64,000 bases of DNA. It comes from Erysipelotrichaceae bacterium (GTDB lineage: Bacteria > Bacillota_I > Bacilli_A > RFN20 > CAG-826). The stretch lies in the NCBI GenBank assembly GCA_015059105.1, contig SVBB01000006.1, positions 12,306 through 76,305 on the forward strand, given 5' to 3'. Below the pieces are notes generated by a model, which was given only the letters and a program-made list of their open reading frames with translations, ran no database searches and was not told the DNA's origin. The position numbers and the translations under genes were made by a program. The stretch's first letter is position 1. Each line of letters opens with the position of its first letter. Shown in pieces: positions 10,201-18,422 of the stretch.

Positions 10201-10748
10201 TGACCTAAAGCTGGAAGGACTCTAGTTTCAACATGGGAAGAGTCATGGGAACAGACTCTTTGTTCTTCTCCTGCTGTTGTACATGTAGCAGGTGTCTTAA
10301 CTGTCCAATCACCATAAGCATGGCCAGTTGCACTAAGAACTCTTGTTTCAACGTGACTTGCATCGCGGGAACAAACTCTTTGTTCTTCACCATCAACTGT
10401 ACAAGTTGCTGGGGTTTTAACTGTCCAGTCTCCATAATCATGGCCTAAAGCAGCAACAATCGTGTCTGCTTGGGTGATTTCTTGACCTTCTAAGTTAAAT
10501 AATTTTTCACATCCGGTACACACTTTATAAGCGATGCTACCAGGATTAGTACAAGTGGCATTAACCGCGGCAACATCTCTAAATGTATGCTGGTGAACTT
10601 CACTCGAACTACTCGGTGTGATGGAAGAAGATTCTGCCGAAGATGATGGCGGTATGATTGAATTTGAGGATTCAACCACACTTCCACAGGCAGCCATACC
10701 AAACACACCAAATGACGCTAATAAAAATAGTAAGGTTTTCTTTCTCAT
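1233..10748 (-). CDS. Giant (3171 aa) Cys/His-rich repeat lipoprotein
   Basis: Signal peptide with lipobox MAAC (Cys21) and Ser-rich linker, then dozens of GH...ATCT..G....CxxC repeats and a central non-repeat domain. RBS AGGAG upstream. Confidence 0.85.
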   Translation of the reverse strand: MRKKTLLFLLASFGVFGMAACGSVVESSNSIIPPSSSAESSSITPSSSSEVHQHTFRDVAAVNATCTNPGSIAYKVCTGCEKLFNLEGQEITQADTIVAALGHDYGDWTVKTPATCTVDGEEQRVCSRDASHVETRVLSATGHAYGDWTVKTPATCTTAGEEQRVCSHDSSHVETRVLPALGHDYGDWKVTTPATCTTDGEEQRVCSHDSSHVETRVVSATGHDYGNWQITKQPTCEEAGEEKRVCSHDESHVEVRDYGEPTGHSYGVWSTTTEPTCTTSGIQTRVCANDSSHKETRVLDALGHDLVLDQDNPFTWDGTSAKANLVCQRANCDHTEQVPAQMSISVQSSKNCENAQKIKYTATYQGTSDFKIVDGEPATGHHYEFVGFIWNDSNKTAQAKYVCANDGSHVQLFDAEMSEGVLKTAATCENDAVYTYTASYDSHNESRDYAMADTALGHEYDFAGYVWAVDHTTAQAKYVCSHDNNHVIFENAVVTSKVIPSTCIKLDETEYTASYGTEEPEVQKITTGDVKGGHDYEFKGFIWNGTTAKVSLVCKTESSHTFQMIAEVSSVQKTPATCYSKEVRTFTATYQDGEVIRQDSKDIEVGELLPHNLEASFQWNPNYSTAVISLDCQNDGCTHHEEYNADVTSLVTQQQTCEKEEKTTFTATYGDYKDVQIVDTKAASGHDYQFSRIVWGEENSVVSAKAELICHNDNNHKTFADVSITYVDTEPTCVAAGYRTYTAEYIVNEVKYSGTYVVAGDPATGDHTPDTPAHENVQAATCTEAGSYDEVTYCSVCKTHVIKSEHKIVPATGHNFVFDKKIDPTCTKDGYDLYKCSACDDDIEEHRNPVSATGHVWDHDRDCTHGHTCSVCHVEEPALGHDFQLVNKTNATCTEVETSHYKCSRCEETKDVVTGPALGHHYDDEEGHVKEVLQEGETCIYDKVYTCTNGCGTKVTNGTVAHHDYVARITTEANCQNKGVKTYECSVCHHSYPKDIPVDANNHVWQLGTPVDGVRTDTCSVSGCDATRQVTIFTGSANAEGLKGKEIAVSNDEDKVDASMKIDDKIIDNLVDNLGENATLKLNIAKVDVDKITGITPEQKAQIGDNTVYDFSMTMTSGDQDQPVDFGKDNYVTVTIPYPATKVTNADSIAVWFINDSGQVESIKATYANGYITFKTNHFSKYTVTRLSPEEFCGLYGHSLNRLQEVEGDCTHSAYTVDVCARCHEKIVKITKPAPGHNWTLISSSSTDPTCTTSGLKSYECSVCHETKQENVAAIGHEWVFNGYQWGGDYSTAKALFICNHDKNHTELRDAKVTTKEIEPTCTAWGYTVVTAQYGEQEPVSTSVNYVEPLGHNPGEVHNENVVKPTCTEIGYHDEVVRCTRCNEVLSTEVKKQDDALGHKWGEWALYGEDATCTVDGVERRYCENDDKHYEERIRYATGHTPGEAVIENNVDPTCTEPGHYESVISCSVCGNELSRETINVPATGHDWGEWVITTEATCQHAGEEQRKCNNDNEHVETRVIPQTDHVAGEPARENVEEATCTTDGHYDEVIRCIYCNEVLSHDDDITIPALGHDYKVTFVLNDDPNTATASFVCSRDEEHNFSKEVATTVVGDGPTCSEARDVHYAASITYNGVTYNAEPELIKEDYILEHVPGEAVIENEVEATCEHRGGYDEVVYCEVCHEKLDEEHHDIPALPHTSAAPVIENEVAASCTQAGGYDEVKYCVECGKELERNHVIIPKLDHVVSELLSDEDMHFHMCTACGQVLDYEEHAYVNTVTKEATCSVNGVYHHVCEECGFEYDTSIPKTGIHNYVNGVCSMCGKVEKTCDHTELHDKTLSISDVGGCGGYITYKTCECGEVKFIDEYHFEPQCNIYAVQPRMEEREYEGKVVQVQIMTCQDCGMEYHMYNTGSEKDGCTNIVNYPFRIFDPEGEIVLDAIYHYESTYHNHTAFKSFALDEAGNYLAYEYCEDCQKIIRIRGVVISRDDVETINSKQVVDDNKVIETITYSYDDVIVEIAKETVTDGCTITTTNMATVYIDNAVVFEFISEPKQEETHKWKYTYEMMDEEKGCSGGVKMTRECEKCGIAQHGVTYGHSNYEQAVIDFTELSGGTCKGSFEYSTCSVCDEVASFNLMELMNSKIHNYDSNYGTPDENGNMTMTLVCKDCGFTVTGVASTHVDGCVTEMRFTGTAYYDAENPLLVINDYLVQRREDHNYVVKNVEFLDPEKGCEGGAIVSYQCDKCGDSYESRSYGHSYKDKDQSGTIYDDMTKNSLATYHKSTCDICGKDVVHNLEVNYGAFESSVEHQETIDGKDYKGYILTSPDGTLQAKVLAANFKISSCEEANNRYIELLMKNEEGVFASFMVKVDSYTSSSHQWEYNVEFLDPEKGCEGGYEGVKVCSVCHEEEQISGSWHQERTHQTIDLSEYGACQGNLIEIEKCNICGEVFEEYYKEGPCNFKESGEPYYYPDHDEKNGHSHYKRTLVCSKCGLQLEYIVDNINAKESCYYLDSHQTIISIGEFKYTLSDSHEGYSHYYENESYESRGNCEKDGYIYHAICTKCGQKVDELRYGHRYQEYYEPIGEDCEKDGLLVKVKCIICGESGEKQYVINGHKYEEKKVNLSQYIPNQEGYISYSECKYCGKVQPNNVDCYVPGGLINTSNSYVDKDGYKHDVNVDSGLRNDQDEYLFRDSTDRRYVPVDNCRTSVEVTRQVFVNGSVVYTSVSDEGYVYNHDYEYTFTFDKDENCENGFLVVSKCKNCGDINEEHCDYHRPFIVEKVDFTKYGSTHEGELVIEKCPCGEHHDYYVNSTCDFNNTSIEGGNRYTCAECGFQYEITSSYQYHEEGSCVVDRVVTIKVGTQTEKPYVIDIVYSNYDENHSFQDQDHIFAQRTIDEKEGRYVETETFTCERCGGQEISEYEYVEGDYVDNKWNGGKIVRNLHTYANGSSELNLYTYYYIGEEIYQLLTTRLITESDGSWHRNDYEYSDNDPCHYVETDTDSEGYKYSYEGVRHLHETWIYYEKVSCSQNAVEGYICLVCGEASDKYERALDHDFRYDDQKECYVCSRCGLENDTGVSGSIILEDLSNDEYYVVGYAFNTPVQFSKAVILTPNEGKPLILNSNDIDFNKTDSPRAYSFSKEQISEIAAKNEFKDYDVTFVFYPYGDDSSYQYAISLTK
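9840..10450 (-). repeat. Intragenic 120-bp (40-aa) tandem repeats, about 5 copies
   Basis: GHDYGDW..TPATCT..GEEQRVCS.D.SHVETRV units. The 120-nt period is visible at 10081, 10201, 10321 and 10441. Confidence 0.9.
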
Positions 10749-10984
10749 ATAAAAACTCCTTGTTGGTATTACTATAATAAAGCATATGTGAAAGTAGTGT
10801 TAATAATTATAAAAATTATTCCTTAAAATATATTTAAGAAATCTATCGAAAAACAATTATTTAATAGTTAAAAATCCCAAATTGATTGGGAGATGTCATT
10901 AATATTTATTTAATTTGTGGTTTGCATCAACTATTTAATAAACGAATTTATAATCATTATTTTTTAATTTTTTATTATAAAATA

Positions 10985-11011
10985 CACCTCCCCGTTTTTG
11001 CTGGGGAGGTG
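10985..11011 (-). terminator. Terminator after clpB
   Basis: CACCTCCCC...GGGGAGGTG hairpin right after the stop codon, followed by a T-rich tract on the minus strand. Confidence 0.7.
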
Positions 11012-11016
11012 CATCA

Positions 11017-13131
11017 CTATATGGCCTTAACCACTACTTCATCGTTTTGATAATCAACCAAGTATTTGTGACTAGTGTCAACTTCTTGAGAGATGATCTT
11101 ATTCGCAATCGCGGTCTCAACTTTATTTTGAATGAATCTCTTTATTGGTCTTGCTCCAAATGTTGGAGAATAAGAACTATCTAAGATCCAATCTTTTAAA
11201 GTCTTAGAGAACTCGAATGAATAATAAGATTCTTTAAGTCTTTCATTAAGGTTATTAAGAAGTTTATCAACAATCTTACCTTGTGTTTCTTTACCAAGTG
11301 GAGAGAAATAAACGATTTCATCAATACGGTTTAAAAACTCTGGTTTAAATGTTTGATGTAATAATCCTTCTACTTTATCTCTTTCGTTATTTAAGAGATA
11401 TTCGCTACCAAGGTTAGAGGTCATGATGATAATGGTATTTTTGAAATCCACGACTCTGCCCTGAGAATCTGTTAATCGACCATCATCTAACATTTGAAGA
11501 AGTAAGTTGAATACTTCTGGATGGGCTTTTTCAATCTCATCGAATAAGACGATGGAGTAAGGATTTCTTCTCACCTTTTCAGTGAGTTGGCCGCCCTCTT
11601 CATAACCGACATATCCTGGTGGGGCTCCAATAAGACGAGACGTCGAGTATTTCTCCATATATTCCGACATATCAATTCTGATGATATGAGATTCGGAATC
11701 AAACAAGGCTTCCGCGAGGGCTCTTGCCACTTCTGTTTTACCAACACCCGTTGGACCTAAGAAGAGGAAGGAACCGATTGGACGATTGCTATCTTTAATA
11801 CCCGCACGTTGACGTAAGATCGCGTCGCTGACAAGAGATAAGGCTTCATCTTGACCGATGACACGTTTCGCTAATGTGGACTTTAAATCCAAGACTTTTT
11901 CTCTATCCCCTTTTTCAATCTTGCTAAGTGGGATATTCGTCATACGGGAAATGATACGAGCGATTTGTTCTTCGTCGACAACTTCAGATAGAAGCTTATC
12001 TTTACCTTCAGAATAATCAAATTGTTTGAGCTGTTTTTCGAGTTCTGGAATCGTTTTATACTGCAATTCCCCAGCCTTTTCATATTCAGAATGAGATAAA
12101 GCGACATCTAAATCGAACTTCGCTTTCTCTAATTTTTCTTTCACGTTTTTGATTTTTAAAATCTGTGATTTTTCTTCTTGCCACTGCTCTTTGAGTTCGT
12201 TATCTTCTTTTAAATAAGATGATAATTCTTTTTCTAAATCAGCAAGTCTCTTTTTCGAAGCATCATCAGATTCTTTCTTAAGAGCAACTTTTTCAATTTC
12301 AAGATTTCTAATCTTTCTTTCGAGTTCATCGAGTTTAGCAGGCATAGAAGCGAGTTCAACTTTAATCGAAGCGCAAGCTTCATCCACTAAGTCGATAGCC
12401 TTATCAGGAAGGAATCTCGATGTTAAATATCGATTAGATAAAGTAGAGGCAGCAACTAAAGCGCCATCAGTGATTTTCACCCCATGGAATGATTCAAATC
12501 TATTTTTTAAACCTCTAAGAATTGTAATCGTGTCTTCCACGCTTGGTTCATTGATCATCACCGGTTGAAATCTTCTTTCTAAAGCGCGGTCTTTTTCAAT
12601 ATACTCTCGATACTCTTTTAAAGTGGTCGCACCAATACAGTCAATTTCTCCTCTTGCGAGCATTGGTTTAAGCATATTAGATGCATCAAGCGCGCCATCT
12701 GTTCTACCTGCACCAACAATAAGGTGGATTTCATCAATAAAGAGAATGATTTTACCGTCCGACTCTTTAATCTTATTTAAAACAGCTTTAAGTCTTTCTT
12801 CGAATTCACCACGGTATTTAGCACCTGCGACTAATGCGCCCATATCTAATTCATAAATAGTTTTATCTTTTAAAATAGTTGGGACATCATCTTTGACAAT
12901 ACGCTCAGCAAGACCTTCAAGTATTGCGGTCTTACCAACACCTGGTTCACCTAAAAGAATGACGTTATTTTTTGTTTTTCTCGCTAAAATCTCGATAATT
13001 TTTCTAATCTCTTCATCTCTACCGATGACAGGGTCAATCTTCCCCTTCTTCACTTCTTCATTGATATTCCTACCAAATTTAGCAAGGATATCTTTATCAT
13101 TTTCATAGTCTGGAACTTGATTCATATTCAT
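11017..13131 (-). CDS. clpB: Chaperone ClpB lacking the N-terminal Clp-repeat domain
   Basis: Two AAA+ modules ([16 protein letters not shown]), [10 protein letters not shown] and a long coiled-coil M domain. Start at 13131 with RBS AGGAGG (13141-13146). Confidence 0.92.
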   Translation of the reverse strand: MNMNQVPDYENDKDILAKFGRNINEEVKKGKIDPVIGRDEEIRKIIEILARKTKNNVILLGEPGVGKTAILEGLAERIVKDDVPTILKDKTIYELDMGALVAGAKYRGEFEERLKAVLNKIKESDGKIILFIDEIHLIVGAGRTDGALDASNMLKPMLARGEIDCIGATTLKEYREYIEKDRALERRFQPVMINEPSVEDTITILRGLKNRFESFHGVKITDGALVAASTLSNRYLTSRFLPDKAIDLVDEACASIKVELASMPAKLDELERKIRNLEIEKVALKKESDDASKKRLADLEKELSSYLKEDNELKEQWQEEKSQILKIKNVKEKLEKAKFDLDVALSHSEYEKAGELQYKTIPELEKQLKQFDYSEGKDKLLSEVVDEEQIARIISRMTNIPLSKIEKGDREKVLDLKSTLAKRVIGQDEALSLVSDAILRQRAGIKDSNRPIGSFLFLGPTGVGKTEVARALAEALFDSESHIIRIDMSEYMEKYSTSRLIGAPPGYVGYEEGGQLTEKVRRNPYSIVLFDEIEKAHPEVFNLLLQMLDDGRLTDSQGRVVDFKNTIIIMTSNLGSEYLLNNERDKVEGLLHQTFKPEFLNRIDEIVYFSPLGKETQGKIVDKLLNNLNERLKESYYSFEFSKTLKDWILDSSYSPTFGARPIKRFIQNKVETAIANKIISQEVDTSHKYLVDYQNDEVVVKAI

Positions 13132-13169
13132 AATTTCTATCCTCCTAACACTAATAGTATAGCACAAAA

Positions 13170-13196
13170 TTAGCACTCTTCAAGCGAGAGTGCTAA
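13170..13196. promoter_or_regulatory. CIRCE (HrcA operator)
   Basis: Exact TTAGCACTC-N9-GAGTGCTAA overlapping a TTGAAG/TGcTATACT promoter upstream of clpB. Confidence 0.97.
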
Positions 13197-13265
13197 AAAC
13201 TTTCTTTACGTAGTAAAATATAAAAATATTCGCGGTTAGATACAAACATCATTTATAATGATGGT

Positions 13266-14165
13266 ATGAAAATTGGAAAACTAATACTCAACATCATTAA
13301 AGCCAAGATAAGTAAAGAAAACGCGAAGAAATGTAATAAGCTCGTTTTTGACCCTAAATATAACCCGAAACGAGATATTTCATATATTGATGATGGAAAT
13401 GACTATCATAAATTTGATTTATATTACACCCCTGTTAAAGATAAGAAAAACTGCTTAGTTATCGACATCCACGGAGGTGCCTACATATTTGGCCATCGAA
13501 AAGAAAACTATATGTTCGGCACAGTATTTTTAGATGCAGGCTTTGATTTCATCGCGGTTGATTATATCCCTAATGATGGTAATCACTCTATTAATGATAT
13601 TGTTGACCAATGCGTTAAATGCATAAGCTATATTGCTAACCATTTAAATGAATATGGATTTAGTAGCGATTATAAAATTGTCCTGACAGGTGATTCCGCA
13701 GGTGGACATATAGCGAGCACAATTGCCGAATTATTTCTAGATAAAGAATACGCTGGCTTATTAGGTTATAGTTTGCCCACAATCAATATCAAAGCCCTTG
13801 CCATTAATTGTCCAGTTTTTAAATTTGTCGGGCTAGGTAAAGATGCTTTAACAAAATCTGGATTAAAAAGAATGTTAGGCCCTCAATATAATGATAAAGA
13901 AAAAGCTGCTTTAATTTGTCCTGCTACTCATATTGATTCATTATCAGTCCCATTATTCGTCTCCACTTCTAAAAATGATTTCATTAGAACTATTGGGGCA
14001 GAATCCGTCTTACCATATATGAAAGATAATAAGGATTTCGAATATCTATATATTGAGGATGAATCCGCTGGTCATGTTCATAATATTATAGATATAACAA
14101 GCGAGCCATCAAAAAAAGTCAACCAGGCGATGATTGACTTCTTTACTAAGAGTATTAATAATTAA
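13266..14165 (+). CDS. Alpha/beta hydrolase (HSL-like esterase/lipase)
   Basis: HGGA oxyanion motif, GDSAGG nucleophile elbow, and C-terminal Asp and His (GHVH). Confidence 0.9.
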   Translation: MKIGKLILNIIKAKISKENAKKCNKLVFDPKYNPKRDISYIDDGNDYHKFDLYYTPVKDKKNCLVIDIHGGAYIFGHRKENYMFGTVFLDAGFDFIAVDYIPNDGNHSINDIVDQCVKCISYIANHLNEYGFSSDYKIVLTGDSAGGHIASTIAELFLDKEYAGLLGYSLPTINIKALAINCPVFKFVGLGKDALTKSGLKRMLGPQYNDKEKAALICPATHIDSLSVPLFVSTSKNDFIRTIGAESVLPYMKDNKDFEYLYIEDESAGHVHNIIDITSEPSKKVNQAMIDFFTKSINN

Positions 14166-14765
14166 TTACTTCAATTTAAACACAGTCATTCCGTTAACAA
14201 GATAAATAATAGTCAACACTATAATAAATATTAAGATAATAGAAGTAGTAATAAGATAAGTAACTACTCCTTTTTGTCCTTTCTTTAATGTAATGATACA
14301 TAAAATAATGACCACGATATCCAAAACCATCGCCGGTATTGCGACATATAAATAATATGGGCTTAATTCGGTTATATGGTTAGGCGCATCAAAAAACTTT
14401 TGAGTAATTTCCCACGTTTTTCCAACAAATTGACGATACCCTTCTGAGATTAAAATCAAAAATGCAGTTGCTAAAATTGGGATAATAATCACCAGTCCAT
14501 TAATGATAGTTGCAAATAAACCTGCAACCCCAGAAAGAACCGGCATAAAGTAAAATGATAATGAGGCGATAGAAAATATCATCGCTGGAATAAGAAAACC
14601 AAAAGTTACCTTCTGTAGTTTGCTCTTCCTTTGATTAGAGAATTTTATCTTCTTTTTATAGGAAGGAACACCATCATCAGGAACACTGTTTTTAGGAGGA
14701 GAATTAAAACCTATCTTTTCGACAGGTTTTTCTTCTAATTCGTTATTTATTTTTTCTTCTTCCAT
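14166..14765 (-). CDS. Hypothetical membrane protein (about 4 TM)
   Basis: Charged N-terminus followed by four hydrophobic segments. Adjacent to the upstream gene in an operon-like arrangement. Confidence 0.7.
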   Translation of the reverse strand: MEEEKINNELEEKPVEKIGFNSPPKNSVPDDGVPSYKKKIKFSNQRKSKLQKVTFGFLIPAMIFSIASLSFYFMPVLSGVAGLFATIINGLVIIIPILATAFLILISEGYRQFVGKTWEITQKFFDAPNHITELSPYYLYVAIPAMVLDIVVIILCIITLKKGQKGVVTYLITTSIILIFIIVLTIIYLVNGMTVFKLK

Positions 14766-14767
14766 TA

Positions 14768-15292
14768 TTAAAAATCGGAACTTGAACTTGAATCACTTGA
14801 TGAGCTTTGATCTCTTCTTTGTCTATCGACGATGAGGTCAATCGCAATCACTAAAGATACAAAAGTCGCTAAATCGTATTTATCATCTAAAGTTAAGATG
14901 AATGAGTCCCTTAAGGAAATCATACGAGAAATATGACCAATCTCCTCACCGTTAAGAGTAATATGATAATCGTATTGAAGGATGTTACCTCTAATTTGTA
15001 AATCACCTAAATCAGAAGTGACGTAATAATGATCATGAAGGGAAAAGATCTTTCTTCTTACTGTAGCGATGATAGTTTTATCTGGTTTTTCGACAAACGC
15101 TTTTCTTTGGAACAATCTCCAGAATTTGTTTCTCACAACAAACAAAGTGTTGCCTGATAAATCTTGTACGAATTTCTTACGAGTGAATGAAAAAATTCTT
15201 CCTTTAACAAATAAAAGGTCTTTTTCGTCCATATCTTTAACTGTGGAACTACCACCTAAAGATACCCATTTATTTCTAATTGAAACTTCCAT
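14768..15292 (-). CDS. LURP-one-related (Tubby C-like) family protein
   Basis: KWVSLGG..VKG..FSFTRK and IRGNILQYDYHI...LVIAID pattern. Start at 15292 with RBS AGGAG. Confidence 0.8.
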   Translation of the reverse strand: MEVSIRNKWVSLGGSSTVKDMDEKDLLFVKGRIFSFTRKKFVQDLSGNTLFVVRNKFWRLFQRKAFVEKPDKTIIATVRRKIFSLHDHYYVTSDLGDLQIRGNILQYDYHITLNGEEIGHISRMISLRDSFILTLDDKYDLATFVSLVIAIDLIVDRQRRDQSSSSDSSSSSDF

Positions 15293-15360
15293 AATTGTCT
15301 CTCCTATATATCTATATTTAATCGTATAAATATAAATATAGCAATTCATTTATAAAAGAA

Positions 15361-15378
15361 ATCCCTCAATTGAGGGAA
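15361..15378 (-). terminator. Terminator
   Basis: Palindrome CCCTCAATTGAGGG followed by TTTCTTTT on the minus strand. Confidence 0.55.
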
Positions 15379-15403
15379 ACCTTATCAATATAACAAATAA
15401 CTA

Positions 15404-16381
15404 TTATCTCGCATCCATCTTCGCACGAAGTTTTGCAATTTTTGGAGCTCTCTTTTCAAGTTGTTTGATATCTGCTTCAGTTGGGATATCATTTTTACCA
15501 ACTTCTATGAAATTGCGAAGAACGCCCACTAAAATGAATGGTCTAACAAGGACGGAATGGAACATGCTCCAAATCGCTATTGCTACTAAAGCACAAGCAT
15601 ATACCTTTAATAAATTTGGATTGGTGATAAATTCTACAGGTTGTCCACCATTCTTAAGCAATAAATCAGTGATTGTTTTTGATAAATCTTGGAAGGCTGT
15701 AGGGAATAATCCACTAACTGCGTATAATCCTCCAAATACTGCTCCACCAATAACTAACAAAGAAGCTATACCCATACCAAAAATTCTTCCGATGTTGCGG
15801 AATAAAGTTTTACCACTTTTAAAGAAGATAACTGCGCCTTCACAAGCTGCTTTAGTCACACTTTCATTTTTACGATACATAACCCAGCCTAAACAACAGT
15901 CACATAAATAGCCGAGAAGAACTTGTACACCAGTATCGATAGCCGAGGCAACACCTTCACCGGTTTGCCCACCTATTGCTCTGCCCACTCTACCAGTAAG
16001 TCTACCGATTTGCCTAAACATACTTTTAATGACACCGGTAACGAAAAAGAAAGCGGTAATCTTTGCAAATCTTCCTTTAAGTTCATCCATTCCAGCTTTT
16101 ACGACGTGATCAGGTAATTTGTTATTTGCGACCCCCTGCGTCATCATTGCGATTTGTCCTGCCAGGAATCTATTCAGAACTAGATAAGAATAAACAAATA
16201 ATAAAATTACGCCAATCACAAAGCCAATCACTAATCCAATAATTGCTCTTTCAGGAGTACCACCTGCTAAATAATAACCAGCAACTGGACAACCAACAAA
16301 AATGGCAATAGAAATTAGAGCAAGACCGGCACTAATAAAAGAAAAAGGCAACGTTTTCTTATAAATTTCAAAATTCGTCAT
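15404..16381 (-). CDS. Conserved hypothetical membrane protein
   Basis: Several TM segments and an RBS (AAGGAG). No catalytic motif recognised. Confidence 0.75.
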   Translation of the reverse strand: MTNFEIYKKTLPFSFISAGLALISIAIFVGCPVAGYYLAGGTPERAIIGLVIGFVIGVILLFVYSYLVLNRFLAGQIAMMTQGVANNKLPDHVVKAGMDELKGRFAKITAFFFVTGVIKSMFRQIGRLTGRVGRAIGGQTGEGVASAIDTGVQVLLGYLCDCCLGWVMYRKNESVTKAACEGAVIFFKSGKTLFRNIGRIFGMGIASLLVIGGAVFGGLYAVSGLFPTAFQDLSKTITDLLLKNGGQPVEFITNPNLLKVYACALVAIAIWSMFHSVLVRPFILVGVLRNFIEVGKNDIPTEADIKQLEKRAPKIAKLRAKMDAR

Positions 16382-16442
16382 AAACTAACTCCTTTTTAAT
16401 TAAGTTGATTATACAAAAATGATGAATAAAAGTGTATGAAAA

Positions 16443-17494
16443 TTAGAATTGGGGAATAACACCCAAAGTTCTTAAAATCAAATATGTGAGATATAAAACA
16501 TATATTAATAGGAAAATGATTCCGATTTTCCTGTCCAGTTTTTTGTTTAATGAGACAAGGAATAAAAGACTTGTTACCACCATCATTGTAATTAAATCGA
16601 CCACTATTTCTTTTCCTGTAGTAAGTGGATTTATAGAAGCTGACACACCAAGAACAAAAAGAATATTAAAAATATTTGAACCAACAACGTTTCCTAATGC
16701 AATATCATTTTCTCCTTTTCTAGCAGCAACCACACTCGTAACAAGTTCTGGAAGGGAAGTACCAACCGCAACAATAGTTAATCCCATAATGATTCTGCAA
16801 GATTATGATCAATACCTATTGCGTCAGCCCCAGCAATCGCAATTCCTTTCGCACCAAAGACGACAAATTCACCACCTGCAGCAATTCCTACCGCACCGAT
16901 AACGACGAAAAGGATAGCCTTCCATAATTTCATATCTTTTATTTCATTTTGCTCAGTTGTAACAGGATGCTTTTTTGCATCAATAACAAGAAAAACCATG
17001 TAGGCTATTTCTAATATCACAAATATTATTCCCATCCACCTCGTAATTACATAGTTGCCTGTTACTGAACCAATAATTAAGACGAAGACCATTAATAAAA
17101 GGGAAACAAATAACAAGACAGGAAACTCTTTTTTTAAACTCGACTTCTTAACGATAATCGGTGTAAAAAGAACCGATAACCCAAGAACTAACAAAATGTT
17201 ACATATATTAGAACCGACAACATTGCCGATTGATATATTCGCATATCCTCCTGAAATTAGACTAGCGATAGAATCGGAAACAGAAACAGCTAGTTCTGGA
17301 CAAGATGTTCCCATCGCTACCACGGTTAAACCAATAATCATTGGAGCAATGCGCAACTTCTTTGCAATCGCGCTTGAAGAAGAAACAAATAGATCGCAAA
17401 ACTTTACTAAAAAAATAACTCCTACCGCCATAAAAATGGATAGAACTAATAGTTGCAGCCCAATATGCCAATCTCTATAAAATTCTGGTATCAT
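16443..17494 (-). pseudogene. Calcium/sodium antiporter (YrbG-like), split by a 1-nt frameshift near 16788
   Basis: The alpha-1 repeat (GLTVVAMGTSCPE...GNVVGSNI) is in ORF 16778-17494 and the alpha-2 repeat (GLTIVAVGTSLPE...GNVVGSNI) is in overlapping ORF 16443-16787. This may be an assembly indel. Confidence 0.85.
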
Positions 17495-17507
17495 CCTTAC
17501 CCCTCCT

Positions 17508-17548
17508 AAATAAATAAGAGACTCCTACCACCATCTGGTAAAAGTCTC
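17508..17548 (-). terminator. Riboswitch expression-platform terminator
   Basis: GAGACTTTTACCA-gatgg-TGGTAGGAGTCTC-TTATTTATTT; the 5' arm overlaps the aptamer's 3' strand. Confidence 0.75.
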
Positions 17549-17629
17549 GAAATTTGATTTATGTCCGAGTATTAGATAATACTGTTCTGACGGATCATAA
17601 CCCTATAAATAGGTTTCTACTCCCTTTTA
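17539..17629 (-). ncRNA. yybP-ykoY (Mn2+) riboswitch aptamer
   Basis: Minus strand reads AAAAGGGAGTAG...CCGTCAGAACAGTATT-ATCT-AATACTCGG...TTTCGAGACTTTT, matching the GGGAGUAG / GUCANNAC / GAGAC architecture. It lies upstream of a cation antiporter. Confidence 0.8.
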
Positions 17630-17709
17630 TGGAATCGCTTATTCCGTTAATGATTATAACATCATATATTTATGTTGCCAGTCTTAATTTTGTGTATAAT
17701 ACATTAGGT

Positions 17710-18339
17710 ATGGTTAGTGAAGATATAAAAGAATTTGTAAAAAGTATTCCAAATAATGTCACCATAGTGGCGGCCACTAAATATGTTGGAACAGAAGACA
17801 TGCTTATCTTATTAAATAACGGCATTAATAATTTTGGCGAAAACCGCGTCGACGCTTTCATTACAAAACATGAAATATTAAAAGAATATAAAAATATAAA
17901 ATGGCATTTTATTGGACATTTGCAGAGAAATAAAGCAAAAAGTGTCATTAATTTAATTGACTGTTTGCATTCTTTAGACTCTCTTGAACTCGCGAAAAAG
18001 ATCGATGAATTAAGGTCAACACCACTTGATACATTTATCGAAGTTTCCATCAATTTAGAAGAGAATAAAAACGGTGTTCCTTATTATGAAGCTGAACAGT
18101 TCATTCAACAAATAATGAACTATAAAAATATCCATCTCGTCGGTCTTATGATGATGGCATATAAAGATAGCCGTAACCCATATGACGAATTTATTAAATT
18201 AAAACAGTTAAGAGATCAATTAGAAAACAAACTTAATATCAAATTACCTTATCTATCAATGGGTATGAGCGATGATTACCTTGATGCCATCAAAGCTGGG
18301 GCGACTCATGTTAGATTAGGAAGAATATTATTCAAATAA
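17710..18339 (+). CDS. yggS: YggS-family PLP homeostasis protein
   Basis: VAATKY, FGENRV, WHFIGHLQRNK, LSMGMSDDY and AGATHVRLGR motifs. Start at ATG 17710; the ORF-track extension overlaps the riboswitch. Confidence 0.92.
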   Translation: MVSEDIKEFVKSIPNNVTIVAATKYVGTEDMLILLNNGINNFGENRVDAFITKHEILKEYKNIKWHFIGHLQRNKAKSVINLIDCLHSLDSLELAKKIDELRSTPLDTFIEVSINLEENKNGVPYYEAEQFIQQIMNYKNIHLVGLMMMAYKDSRNPYDEFIKLKQLRDQLENKLNIKLPYLSMGMSDDYLDAIKAGATHVRLGRILFK

Positions 18340-18422
18340 GAAATGTTTCCGTTCTTAATAACCAATTAAGATCTTCCACACATATGATTTGGTTTTCATC
18401 AATGATATGTTTAGATAACTTA

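Noticed and set aside
9840-10450. Regular 120-bp repeats as a possible CRISPR array
   Set aside because: They are in-frame coding repeats with synonymous variation, no unique spacers and no cas genes.
1233-10748. At least six CxxCH motifs suggesting a multiheme cytochrome c
   Set aside because: The same repeat position is more often CxxCG, CxxCN, CxxCK or CxxCE, so the His is incidental. No cytochrome c maturation genes are in the window.
17554-17709. 52-aa N-terminal extension of YggS in the ORF track
   Set aside because: It starts at TTG without an RBS and overlaps the antisense riboswitch. Family similarity begins at ATG 17710.
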